DNA of 64,000 bases, taken from the IMG/VR virus record IMGVR_UViG_3300036942_000148, positions 1 through 64,000 of that record, one strand, 5' to 3'. Below the pieces are notes generated by a model. The model had not been told where the DNA came from. It was given only the letters and a program-made list of their open reading frames with translations, and searched no databases. Position 1 is the stretch's first letter, and each line of letters opens with the position of its first letter. A program made the position numbers and the translations under genes. Shown in pieces: positions 1-9,589 of this stretch. Source of the stretch: a virus. Taxonomy: Duplodnaviria; Caudoviricetes.

Positions 1-294
1 TTATTATCTGAGATAGAAAAAGATTTAGAAATTATATATTGTATCGATCAAAATCTTAATTTAATTGTAATAGAATCAAAAGATTATTTTGAAAAAAATA
101 ATATATTAAATGATAGACAAAGTAATATAGTAAGACATCAATTATTAAATATTATTTCAAATATTCCCATTTATGAGTTTGCGCCTTCAAGATTTGAAAT
201 TGATAGTGATTTTTCTATTAATGAAATAGAAAAAATTTTAAAAAGAAATAATATAAAATATTCAAGAAATTTAGATAATTTTATAAATTCTTAA
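1..294 (+). CDS. hypothetical protein, 5'-truncated by window edge
   Basis: Frame 1 open from base 1 (LLSEIEKDLE...DNFINS) to TAA 292-294, followed by a terminator. Confidence 0.7.
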   Translation, partial: LLSEIEKDLEIIYCIDQNLNLIVIESKDYFEKNNILNDRQSNIVRHQLLNIISNIPIYEFAPSRFEIDSDFSINEIEKILKRNNIKYSRNLDNFINS

Positions 295-300
295 TATTTG

Positions 301-336
301 AATAAAGGAGATTAATTTCTCCTTTATTTTTTTTTT
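301..336 (+). terminator. intrinsic terminator
   Basis: AATAAAGGAGA/TCTCCTTTATT stem then T-run. Confidence 0.8.
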
Positions 337-351
337 ATCTTTTTATTCAAT

Positions 352-361
352 TATATATTAT
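352..361 (+). promoter_or_regulatory. putative early promoter TATATATTAT
   Basis: Recurrent motif upstream of small-gene clusters; resembles phiKZ early TATATTAC. Confidence 0.6.
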
Positions 362-393
362 TATATTGAATAAAATAAAAGGAGGAGTTATAA

Positions 394-921
394 ATGGGAT
401 ATTGGAGTGAACATCCGTTAGGTGGAGATAGCCCTGGAGATGTAAAATATTCATTATTAGAATATTTATTTAAAGAAGAAGGATATGATTTAAATTATAT
501 TATTGAAGAAGTTGAAATGAAAACTAAAAGAAAGAGACTTAAGAAGAAATTGCCAGAACTAGTTGATAATTTTAATATTATATTCGAAGGTCATGATTCT
601 GATTACTATGGTCATCGATTTGATTTTGTACTTCCCTTTACAGTCATTGATTATGGTGTTACGATTAATGGTGAAGTGATATCTAAAAAATTAAAAGATA
701 TGATAAAAGATGGCGGTGGTGGAGATAGAGGATACCATCAACCTCAAAAAGCAACTCCTGATAATAATTGGAATAAATTTGAGCATCCTCAAGACTATTG
801 TGATCAATTAAGATATTATTGGAATGAATTAATTACAGGAAAAAAGACAGTTGATGAAGTTCAATTAGGTAAATATAAGGGTTTATTACAAACACTATCA
901 GAAGAAATTGATAAAGACTAA
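394..921 (+). CDS. hypothetical early protein
   Basis: 175-aa ORF with AAGGAGG RBS. Confidence 0.8.
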   Translation: MGYWSEHPLGGDSPGDVKYSLLEYLFKEEGYDLNYIIEEVEMKTKRKRLKKKLPELVDNFNIIFEGHDSDYYGHRFDFVLPFTVIDYGVTINGEVISKKLKDMIKDGGGGDRGYHQPQKATPDNNWNKFEHPQDYCDQLRYYWNELITGKKTVDEVQLGKYKGLLQTLSEEIDKD

Positions 922-944
922 TAAAATATAGGGGGAAATTATTA

Positions 945-1301
945 ATGAAAATAATAGCAGTTGCAATAAGTGATGTTAATTATTTTGTAGGCGGATTTCA
1001 AAAAACAAGAAATCAAGAAGAAGAATGGTTGATCATTGAGATAGAGACTGAACGTATATCTCCTCATCGTTTAAAAGACGAATTCAAGGATGACGAAACT
1101 CAACTGTATATTAGAAACAGAGAACAATCAATAAAACTCCCATTCAATGAAATAAGTGAATCTTTTTCTATTGATATTATAAACTTCTTTAAAGAAGATG
1201 ATCTAGTTAGAAACCACAGTTTAAATGAATTATATTGGGTTGATGAATTAGGGAGTTATACTAGGTATGATGAATATAATTTAATCTATAATTATAGATA
1301 G
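945..1301 (+). CDS. hypothetical protein
   Basis: 118-aa ORF, GGGGG RBS, operon packing. Confidence 0.75.
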   Translation: MKIIAVAISDVNYFVGGFQKTRNQEEEWLIIEIETERISPHRLKDEFKDDETQLYIRNREQSIKLPFNEISESFSIDIINFFKEDDLVRNHSLNELYWVDELGSYTRYDEYNLIYNYR

Positions 1302-1304
1302 AAG

Positions 1305-1700
1305 GTGATTAGTATTTTTAATAAAGATAAAATACGAATGGAAGCTAGATTAAAAAGTCAATCAATATTAGAATTCATACTGAACGCCCATAACAAAGAA
1401 GAAGATATAATAGAATTATTTGATTTATTCAGAGAAGATATCAATTGGAATGCTGTATCTAGGAACCTTAATATAATGGATGCTTCTAATGAGTTTATGT
1501 GTGTCCATGCTGATAATTTAAACTGGGCTATAGTTATCTATTTTCAAGAAAAAAGGATCTGGTATGATTCTATTAAAAATGATTATGACAAATATATAAA
1601 TTCTATACCAAAAATTGAATTAAAGAAAGTTAGAGAAATGAAGTTGACAGCAAAGCAGTATTTCTATGAAAGTAGATTATTCAATTATAAGGAGGAATAA
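1305..1700 (+). CDS. hypothetical protein with Trp-repeat-like segments
   Basis: 131-aa ORF; EDINWNAVS and DNLNWAIV resemble phage xxNWxxIS repeats. Confidence 0.7.
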   Translation: MISIFNKDKIRMEARLKSQSILEFILNAHNKEEDIIELFDLFREDINWNAVSRNLNIMDASNEFMCVHADNLNWAIVIYFQEKRIWYDSIKNDYDKYINSIPKIELKKVREMKLTAKQYFYESRLFNYKEE

Positions 1701-1702
1701 TA

Positions 1703-1990
1703 ATGATTAAATTTGGTGACTTACACTTAATCAATAAAATAAGAAGAGAGGAAAAGTTGAAGAAAAGTAAAGATTGGCAAGTTTCTATTAGAATTACTGG
1801 GGAAGAAGACGTAGTAGTGAAAGGGATAGAAGATAAGGAAGAAGCTATGGATAAAGCTTATGATAAAGGATTCGACTCTATTATATCTAACTCTGAAGTG
1901 GAAGTGTTGTCTGCTAGAAAAATAGTAATAGATAAAAAAGAAAAAATAAATGAAAATCAATTATCTCTATTTAAAAAGGAGGAAGGTTAA
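1703..1990 (+). CDS. hypothetical protein
   Basis: 95-aa ORF with AGGAGG RBS. Confidence 0.75.
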   Translation: MIKFGDLHLINKIRREEKLKKSKDWQVSIRITGEEDVVVKGIEDKEEAMDKAYDKGFDSIISNSEVEVLSARKIVIDKKEKINENQLSLFKKEEG

Positions 1991-1991
1991 T

Positions 1992-2471
1992 ATGGCTTCT
2001 AATTATGATGATGGACTTATAATATTTCCCATTATTTTACTCATATTATCTATTTTCATCTTCTATCAAATGGGAACACAACCAGAAAATAACAGGCAGC
2101 ATGTAAAAGAAAACCAACAAAAGGAAGAAAAGAAAAATGAAGAGATTGCTAACGTCAAAGAAGGAATAATTAAATTAAGAATTGGTCAAAATAAATCAAT
2201 TATAATGCTTAATGAATATGGTAATATTAAAGAAAGAGTAAGGATTATATTTAATGGTAAAAGAAATAATGAATATGTGTTTACTAACTATTGGCGATCT
2301 AATTTTGATGATAATTCAAGATCAATAAAATTTTATATAAAAGATTATATTTATTTAAATTATTTATATAGAGGGGGAACTAATGAAGAAAAAATAATAA
2401 AACTGGAAGTGATTAATTTTAATAAATCTCAATCAATAATAACTTTAAAATATGAATTTTTAAATCATTAA
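1992..2471 (+). CDS. hypothetical membrane-anchored protein
   Basis: ATG 1992 after AGGAGGAAGG; N-terminal TM segment LIIFPIILLILSIFIFY. Confidence 0.7.
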   Translation: MASNYDDGLIIFPIILLILSIFIFYQMGTQPENNRQHVKENQQKEEKKNEEIANVKEGIIKLRIGQNKSIIMLNEYGNIKERVRIIFNGKRNNEYVFTNYWRSNFDDNSRSIKFYIKDYIYLNYLYRGGTNEEKIIKLEVINFNKSQSIITLKYEFLNH

Positions 2472-2480
2472 ATCAAAAAT

Positions 2481-2492
2481 AACAATTTCCTA
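2481..2492 (+). promoter_or_regulatory. late-type promoter AACA-N6-TA
   Basis: AACA ATTTCC TA upstream of DNA polymerase. Confidence 0.65.
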
Positions 2493-2520
2493 ACTATCTA
2501 TACAAGGAGTGTGGTGCTAA

Positions 2521-2928
2521 TTGAATGAATTATTAAAGAATTATTATCAAGATATGATGAGTAACTTAAAGACATTATATCCTGATAAAAGTAGAGAAGA
2601 ACTAAAAAAGTATATTAATCAAGCTACCAATAAGAAAAATATGGTTGATCCTACTATTGATTATGTGAATAACTATAAGAATACTAAAAAAGAAACTACG
2701 TTATTCAATATGACTGATAGTATATTGAAAAATGAACCTATTATTAGTGGTTATGGAACTTTATTTAAGAATCATGACGAAGGAATAAACTTGATAGCAG
2801 AGATGTTAAATTTTCTATTATCCGAAAGAAAAGTTGAGAAAGGAAAACTATTCGAAGCCATCCAAGAAAATGATGAATTAGGTATAGAATTACATGATAG
2901 AGGTCAGAAGACACTTAAGTTACTTGCT
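2521..2928 (+). CDS. family B DNA polymerase, C-terminal subunit, exon 1
   Basis: Ends QKTLKLLA; joined to exon 2 gives motif B KLLANSFYG; motif A absent, so the enzyme is split as in phiKZ/AR9-like phages. Confidence 0.9.
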
Positions 2929-4142
2929 TAGTTAAATAGGCACTCATGCTAGTGATAGTATGTTTAAACTTCCTTAATTGCTGGGATTCCTAAAGCTCTT
3001 TTGGAGATATTACAATGGATAATCAGCAGCTTTTTAAATTACAAATCTTTTATAATTAAAATATAATATAAAAGAGGAGAATAAATAAATTATGGATGAA
3101 TTAACAGAAGTATTTGAATTTAACGGAAATGAAATGGAAATATTATTGACTGAAGATGTTGATGTAGAATTTGATGGAGATTTTCTTATGAGTGGTAAAC
3201 AAGTAGCTTCCGTATTAGGATATTCTGATACAAGCGATGCTATAAGAACTCATATAGATGAAGATGATAAAATATTAATGAAAAATTCAAACTTGGTAAA
3301 CCACCAACTTAGAAATTTAGCTAACAGAGGTGAAACTTTTATTACTGAATCTGGTGTGTATGCATTGATATTTGGAAGTAAACTAGAAAAAGCTAAAGAA
3401 TTCAAACACTGGGTAACAAAAGAAGTTCTTCCAACTATTAGAAGAACTGGACAATATGATTTGACAAAAAGAAAAACCCCTAGCTATGAGCTAGAGGATC
3501 CAGTTGAAAGGGCAAAAGTATGGATTGAAGAAGAGAAAGAAAGACAAGAATTACTTCTTCAAAATACTGAATTACGCCCTAAAACTAGAGGAAATAAAGA
3601 TAGCTGGAAAGAAAATATTAGAAATACTATAGAACAAAAAATTTATTCTAAATACCCAACTATCAAAAATCCTTATGAAACTTATAATATTGTTTATGGT
3701 AATTTTAATAATTATTTGTATAAAAATTATAATACCACTTTGGATGATTTCAGAAGGGAAAAGATTTCTGAAAGCTCTGATGAAAAATGTAGCATTGGTT
3801 ATTTAAATAAATTATCAGAAAATGTATTAGAAGGATTATCAATTGATCATGAAATGCGTACTAAATTTGAAGAATTCTTAGCTGAAAAGGTAAATTCATT
3901 AGATTTAGAGTTAAAATATAAATCTGAAATTAATGAATAAATAATATGAAAATAATTAATTATAAAAGTAAAAATTTAAAAAGTTCAACGACTATCCCAA
4001 TATGGGAGTAGAGTATAATTACTAGATACTCAAAAAAGGAAGGATCTCGAAAGAGATTTTGATATAGTCTCATCTTTATAGAAATATAAAGAAGTTCATA
4101 AGAGAACTGTATAAGTTTAGTATGCTTATATGAAGGTAAATG
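2929..4142 (+). ncRNA. group I intron (IA-like) in DNA polymerase, ORF in the P6 loop
   Basis: P1 UGCU/GGCA with U2928-G2939; AATTGCTGGGA, AATCAGCAG, GTTCAACGACTA, GATATAGTC; omega-G 4142; in-frame splice. Confidence 0.92.
3092..3940 (+). CDS. intron-encoded Bro-N domain (antirepressor-like) protein
   Basis: QVASVLGY..DAIRTHID, FITESGVYALIFGSKLEKAKEFKHWVTKEVLPTIRRTGQY, then SYELEDPVERAKVWIEE; no nuclease motif seen. Confidence 0.88.
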   Translation: MDELTEVFEFNGNEMEILLTEDVDVEFDGDFLMSGKQVASVLGYSDTSDAIRTHIDEDDKILMKNSNLVNHQLRNLANRGETFITESGVYALIFGSKLEKAKEFKHWVTKEVLPTIRRTGQYDLTKRKTPSYELEDPVERAKVWIEEEKERQELLLQNTELRPKTRGNKDSWKENIRNTIEQKIYSKYPTIKNPYETYNIVYGNFNNYLYKNYNTTLDDFRREKISESSDEKCSIGYLNKLSENVLEGLSIDHEMRTKFEEFLAEKVNSLDLELKYKSEINE

Positions 4143-5666
4143 AACTCATTTTACGGTGTGACTTCTGAACAAAACTCTATATATTTCAATAAATACTTGG
4201 GAGCTTCTATCACGTATACTGGTGTTACTATCATTACAGTATCCATAATGGCTTTTGAGAATTTCTTAGCTGATAATGTTCCCTATAAGAATTTAGATCA
4301 GATCATTAAGTATATCACCAATATTACTAATGAAGAATATAATTATAAATATGAAGATCTTTTTGATGTCGAATTTAATATTGATTCTGATATTATGATG
4401 GAAAGAATATTAGATAAGACTCACGAAGATTATGCAGTTACCGATAAAGATAAAGAAATAATTAGAAACCTATTAGATAATCTTTCATATGAAGAATTAG
4501 TAAAGATATACTTTAAAAATAATTTTTTAGATATGATAGATATGTCTAATGTTTTAAGTGAATTATTAGAAAATATAGGTATTAGGGAAGATTTTAATGA
4601 TCCTAATGAAGCACCTGAAGATATAATAGAAGAGTTAGATAAGATGTGGGATATACTAAAAGATTGGGTATTTTATGATCATATTCCTATTGATCGATAT
4701 CATAGATGTATTAATGATATGAGAGAAGCAGTTCTTGTGACCGATACGGATTCTACATTTTTATCATTACACAAGTGGTATCAATATATATCTGATAAAT
4801 TTAATTTTGTTAATCCGTCATTAGAAAAACAAGTAGGTGGTATTAATATATTAACTTACATTTTATCTTACCTAATACAAGACGCATTAGATAGAATGAC
4901 TGAAAATATGAATGTACCTGATAATAAGCAACACATAATACAGATGAAGAATGAATTTTTATATAAAACCCTTATGCTGACAAGGAATAAGAAACAATAT
5001 AGCGGAAGTCTAATTGCCAGGGAGGGCAATATTCTTCACGAAAAGGAAACTGATATTAAAGGATTAGCTATTAAGAAATCATCTACTAACGAATATACAA
5101 GAGAATACTTTACAGAGTTGCTAGAAGATGAAATATTGAATGCTGATGAGATAGATCTCTCCTCCATATTAAATAAATATAAAGAATTTGAGGACATAGT
5201 TAGAACCAGTTTAACTGAAGGAGAAGTAACTTTCTCACTTCCACAAAAATTAAATGAAGAGTCAGGATATAAATTTCCATTTAGAATGATGCAATATAGA
5301 GGGTCTATACTATGGAATCATTTATATCCAGAAAAATATATTGATGCTCCAACTAAAGTTAACACACTTAAACTGACAGCAGATAATGAAGAAGATATAG
5401 AGAGATTGAAAGAAGATAACTATGAAATATATGAGAAATTAACTGAATTTGTCTTTGATGATGAAGATATGGCTCATTATGGATTTACTACCATATCAAT
5501 GCCTAAAGATGTGACAAAAGTTCCAGAATGGATTATCCCGTTCATTGATGTAGAGACTTTAGTAGGAGATAATATTAGAAACGCCATCATTCTGTTAGAA
5601 TCATTAGGTTTCCAAACATTAACAGTACTAGGTAGAGATTATTATTCCAATATAATCAGTTTTTAA
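4143..5666 (+). CDS. family B DNA polymerase, C-terminal subunit, exon 2
   Basis: NSFYG (motif B), VTDTDST (motif C), KKQY and KGL motifs; spliced product about 643 aa. Confidence 0.92.
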   Translation, partial: NSFYGVTSEQNSIYFNKYLGASITYTGVTIITVSIMAFENFLADNVPYKNLDQIIKYITNITNEEYNYKYEDLFDVEFNIDSDIMMERILDKTHEDYAVTDKDKEIIRNLLDNLSYEELVKIYFKNNFLDMIDMSNVLSELLENIGIREDFNDPNEAPEDIIEELDKMWDILKDWVFYDHIPIDRYHRCINDMREAVLVTDTDSTFLSLHKWYQYISDKFNFVNPSLEKQVGGINILTYILSYLIQDALDRMTENMNVPDNKQHIIQMKNEFLYKTLMLTRNKKQYSGSLIAREGNILHEKETDIKGLAIKKSSTNEYTREYFTELLEDEILNADEIDLSSILNKYKEFEDIVRTSLTEGEVTFSLPQKLNEESGYKFPFRMMQYRGSILWNHLYPEKYIDAPTKVNTLKLTADNEEDIERLKEDNYEIYEKLTEFVFDDEDMAHYGFTTISMPKDVTKVPEWIIPFIDVETLVGDNIRNAIILLESLGFQTLTVLGRDYYSNIISF

Positions 5667-5682
5667 ATAAAAAAATTCATAT

Positions 5683-5694
5683 AACAAAATAGTA
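5683..5694 (+). promoter_or_regulatory. late-type promoter AACA-N6-TA
   Basis: AACA AAATAG TA. Confidence 0.65.
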
Positions 5695-5714
5695 AGCTAC
5701 ATGAAAGTTCTTAA

Positions 5715-5794
5715 GCGGAGGTCAAAGCAATACTAGTTAACGTGATAACACAGACGTATTCTGTGGGAAAGAGTAATCAATCTCTTACCTCCGC
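5715..5794 (+). promoter_or_regulatory. structured 5' leader RNA (multibranch)
   Basis: GCGGAGGT 5715-5722 pairs with ACCTCCGC 5787-5794; internal hairpins CACAGA/TCTGTG and AAGAG/CTCTT. Confidence 0.55.
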
Positions 5795-5822
5795 CCCAAA
5801 TAAATTAAGGAGTGATTTTTAA

Positions 5823-6449
5823 ATGGCAAATTATTTAACAAAGAAAAGGTATTACAATAATGAGTGTGGTCAATTACAATTAGGATCATTTACAGATGAC
5901 GAAACTAAAGAAATTACACTGTTCATTAGCATCGTCCCTGTAAAAGAAGAATACAAGGGTCAAAATCCTAGCAAAGGTGTCCAGATGTACGATTATGACG
6001 GAACAGTATTTTTCTCCATTGATAATGAAGATAATATTAAACTATTAAAAGCATTAGAAATGTTAAAGAAAGATATGCAATTTGAATACGTGATTGAACA
6101 CAATAAGAAACGACTAATCATTGGATTTGATGGGGATACAAAGTATATCGTAAATAAAGATAATAAGAAAAATAAAACAGCTAAGTATATATTTAAGATT
6201 ACTGATGAAATTAATTTAAAGAATGATGACAGAACTGTGCTAATTGAAACTGACTTAGAAGAAGTATATAGATACTTTAAGCATAATGATGCTCTTCTTT
6301 ACAGACAGAATCAATTGATCAACCCTAGAAGTAATAATAGTTCTTCTTCTAATAGATCACGTTCAAGTAGTAGTTCTAGTAATAATAAGAGTAACAAATC
6401 GGTTATTAAAAATATTGACGATGATGAGATTGATAACTTCTTTGGTTAA
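5823..6449 (+). CDS. putative single-stranded DNA-binding protein
   Basis: Beta-rich core, Ser/Asn linker, acidic-aromatic tail DDDEIDNFFG, directly after DNA pol. Confidence 0.45.
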   Translation: MANYLTKKRYYNNECGQLQLGSFTDDETKEITLFISIVPVKEEYKGQNPSKGVQMYDYDGTVFFSIDNEDNIKLLKALEMLKKDMQFEYVIEHNKKRLIIGFDGDTKYIVNKDNKKNKTAKYIFKITDEINLKNDDRTVLIETDLEEVYRYFKHNDALLYRQNQLINPRSNNSSSSNRSRSSSSSSNNKSNKSVIKNIDDDEIDNFFG

Positions 6450-6457
6450 AATAAATG

Positions 6458-6499
6458 GAGAATATTGTATATATTAATTTATATATGATATTCTCTTTT
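6458..6499 (+). terminator. intrinsic terminator
   Basis: GAGAATAT..ATATTCTC stem then TTTT. Confidence 0.6.
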
Positions 6500-6528
6500 C
6501 TTAAATATATAATAGAAAGGTTGATAAG

Positions 6529-7212
6529 ATGATAGAAGGTATTTCAAAATCAATGATACAAGACAAGAACTACACTCTAGTTACTGATATGGATGAGGTC
6601 ATTACCAATATATCACCTTATTGGTACAAGTTACTATTAGATAATAAAGATATTTTTGGAAAATATTTAGATTTAAATAAAGCTAAAACAGTAGAAGAAG
6701 TTATGCAAAGAAATCATTATTATCTTAATAAGTGGTTGATTAGAGATGGTTATGAAGATCTACCAGATAAAGAAATGGCTCAATTCCTAGCACTTTATCT
6801 CCAAGAAGACTTCTATGATAACTGCGTGTTGACTTCCTTTGGGACTGGACTTAAAAGTTTAAGCCACAAGGATTGGGTGGATAAGATATATATTGTTTCT
6901 CATACAATCAATGGTCAGGATCATAGAAAAGAAAGGTTTCTAAGAAATAATAATTTTAATTTAAGTAATATTGAATTAATTATGGTTGACGGTGAAACTC
7001 CTAAGTCAGAGATCATCAACAAGCACAGTATAGATTACAACACATTCGTAGATGATAGACCTAAAATTTTAGAAGACGTGATTAAAAATACTAATTCGGA
7101 TGGGAAAGAATTCTTATTTCCATTTTTAGGTTACAATATAGAGAGTGAATTGATAGAGGAGTTGAGTAAATCTCATAGATTTGATTTACAGGGATACAAG
7201 AAAGTATTATAA
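6529..7212 (+). CDS. HAD-family 5'(3')-deoxyribonucleotidase-like protein
   Basis: LVTDMDEVI (motif I DxD), IVS (motif II), FVDDRP (motif IV). Confidence 0.75.
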   Translation: MIEGISKSMIQDKNYTLVTDMDEVITNISPYWYKLLLDNKDIFGKYLDLNKAKTVEEVMQRNHYYLNKWLIRDGYEDLPDKEMAQFLALYLQEDFYDNCVLTSFGTGLKSLSHKDWVDKIYIVSHTINGQDHRKERFLRNNNFNLSNIELIMVDGETPKSEIINKHSIDYNTFVDDRPKILEDVIKNTNSDGKEFLFPFLGYNIESELIEELSKSHRFDLQGYKKVL

Positions 7213-7216
7213 ATAT

Positions 7217-7259
7217 AATGACCTATCTATGATTATTATAGATAGGTTATTTTTTTTTT
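7217..7259 (+). terminator. intrinsic terminator
   Basis: AATGACCTATCTA/TAGATAGGTTATT then T-run. Confidence 0.8.
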
Positions 7260-7263
7260 ATTT

Positions 7264-7275
7264 AACAATTATATA
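7264..7275 (+). promoter_or_regulatory. late-type promoter AACA-N6-TA
   Basis: AACA ATTATA TA upstream of beta'N. Confidence 0.7.
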
Positions 7276-7307
7276 AATGATTATAATTATGAAAGGAAGT
7301 GAAATGA

Positions 7308-8015
7308 TTGAAAGCAGACATTTTTGATATAGAAAAGTTTATAGAAATAAATGATTGTCCACAGGTTACCAATCCTGTGATGTTCGACCAAGGTAGCCAA
7401 CCAACAACAGATGGGTTATTTTCTTATGAGTTATTTGGGACTCCATCTAGTTATGATAGGAAGACTATCTATGGATATATTGATTTGAATGGGAGGTTTT
7501 TACACCCAGTAGTTTACCGAGCTATAATTAGCATGAATAGATCAATACGAGATTTAATAGCTGGAAAATCATTATTTAAAGTAGAAGATGGAAATTTAGT
7601 AGAAGCTGAAGAAGGTGAAGCCCAATCAGGAACTGGTATCGATTTCCTTTATACTAAGTGGTACAGTCTAGAATTTGAAAAAACTGACAGTGCCAAGAGG
7701 AACGCCAAGATTGAGATGATAGAAAATATCAAAAGAGATGAAGCATTTATCAATAAGCACCTTGTTCTTCCTGCTTTTTATAGAGATGTTAACATGAGTC
7801 AAGAAGATTTCGGCAGAGTGGGAATGGATGAAGTAAATGGAATGTACGCTAAGTTGATAAACTATAGTTCTTCTCTGGATAGTAACAATTCTTTTTTTGA
7901 CTACCCTAATAATTCTACTAAAAATAGAATTCAACAGACTATCAATGAAATTTATGATTACATGTTAAATACACTAGGCAAGAAAAAAGGTTACATCAAA
8001 GATAAATTAATGAGT
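7308..8015 (+). CDS. rpoC: multisubunit RNAP beta' N-terminal subunit, exon 1
   Basis: DGLFSYELFG, YGYIDL, VLPAFYRD, GKKKGYIKDKLMS; no Cys zinc-binding domain. Confidence 0.9.
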
Positions 8016-8400
8016 AAAATAACTATTTTATAGTTAGCTCCTTCTATTCTGTAAGGGAGTAGAATGAATTCTGTGAATTGCTGGAACCTCCTAAAGCTCT
8101 AGAAACTACAAAGAAACTTGTAAAAGTAAACTTGAACGTTGAGAAATCAGAAAAAATTCTAGAGATAAGATATGGTTAAATCCTAAGTCTTTTTACAATG
8201 GACAATCAGCATCTAAGGATCTTCAATATGAAGATCAAAGTTCAACGACTATCCTATTAAGGAGTACAATTTATTTAAATATCAATAAATTGGAAGTGCA
8301 GAAATGACCTTATTAAAAGGGCATATGATATAGTCTAATTATTTAACTGACTCGAAAGAGATTCAGAAATTTATAAATAATTTATAAATTTTATAATAGT
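8016..8400 (+). ncRNA. group I intron beta'-I1 (ORF-less; boundary ambiguous by 1 nt)
   Basis: P1 GAGU/GCUC; GAATTGCTGGAA, AATCAGCA, GTTCAACGACTA, GATATAGTC; AGTAAA repeated at both junctions. Confidence 0.85.
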
Positions 8401-8891
8401 AAATCAATTGATCATGCTACACGGTCAGTAATATCAGCATCCAACTACTCTACAGAGACTTGGGAGAAACAGGAAACACCTTTTAGGTACACTGGAGTTC
8501 CCCTCTCTCAACTGATAGTTCTGTTCAGACCGTTCTTTGTCAGGGAAATTAAAAACTTTATGGAAGCTAAACTACAAGATAAATCACATATAAATATAGC
8601 GGAAAACGCCAAAGAAGACGCTGAAGTTAAAAAGTACGAACTGAACGACCCACTAAAAGACTTCTCTCCAAAGAAGATAAAAAAGATACTGGATCTTTTC
8701 ATAGAGTCACCCAACAAGAGGTTCAGCAGGGTCTACTTGAGAGCTATAAATCCCGATGGAGACGAAGTAGAAGTTCCTTGCAAGTTCTACCATAATAACT
8801 TGGAGAGGGATTTCACGATAACCGACTTGATATTCATTGCTGCAAAAAGAATAGTACCAGATAAACATGTATACCTAACGAGATTCCCCGT
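8401..8891 (+). CDS. rpoC: RNAP beta'N exon 2
   Basis: KSIDHATRSVISA (GKRVDYSGRSVI equivalent) through YLTRFP. Confidence 0.88.
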
Positions 8892-9128
8892 TAATAACAT
8901 AGCGGTTTAAGTTAGTAATAACTTAAGATATTTCTCCTTAATTGCTGAAAGTTCTGTAAGATAATCAGCAGTAAATCTTATTGGTTTTCAATAAGAATAT
9001 TCAACGACTAATATGTACATTATAATTATAATGGAAATAGGAGACATCCAATTGGATGAAGATATAGTCTAATCTATATAGTAATATATAGTAATTATGA
9101 AATTAAAGAATTCATATAAATATAAATG
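8892..9128 (+). ncRNA. group I intron beta'-I2 (ORF-less)
   Basis: P1 CCGU/GCGG; AATTGCTGAAA, AATCAGCAG, TTCAACGACTA, GATATAGTC; omega-G 9128; splice gives TRFPVESHQSIYP. Confidence 0.9.
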
Positions 9129-9366
9129 AGAATCTCATCAGTCTATATATCCAAGCAAAATCAAGATACTCACTACTAAAAAGACAACTAAGCAAGAAAT
9201 AGGTAGTGAAGTATTCGGTAATTACCCAGTTATTCACTTGGATTACCCAACTATTTATGCAGACAATATAGATCAGAGCGAAGATAGAGACGAAGAAATA
9301 ATGCCATTGGAGAACACGTTTAAAGACACAGTCAGTATTAATCACGTGTTTTTAGAAGCTTTGGGT
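9129..9366 (+). CDS. rpoC: RNAP beta'N exon 3 (absent from ORF track)
   Basis: ESHQSIYPSKIKIL...FKDTVSINHVFLEALG. Confidence 0.88.
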
Positions 9367-9589
9367 GAATATCTCTGCCCAAATAAAACTATTTTAATTG
9401 CTTAAATGTCCTTAATAATGGATAATAAGCAGCAAATCTTATTATATATTAATAAGAATGTTCAACGACTAATATGTACATTAGATATCTAATGGAAAAA
9501 GATAGCAGATTTTAATCTGAAGATATAGTCTAGGCTTATAGGAAACTATAAGGGAATAGGAAATTAATAATTCCTATCAATAAAAATCA
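9367..9589 (+). ncRNA. group I intron beta'-I3 (ORF-less; terminal A)
   Basis: P1 UUUGGGU/GCCCAAA; AATTGCTT, AATAAGCAG, GTTCAACGACTA, GATATAGTC; frame requires exon 4 to start at GGA 9590. Confidence 0.88.

Noticed and set aside
5701-5800. SAM-I or c-di-GMP riboswitch call for the leader
   Set aside because: The conserved cores (AUC..GAU/GCAAC; GAAA tetraloop-receptor with GCAAAGCC) are not matched
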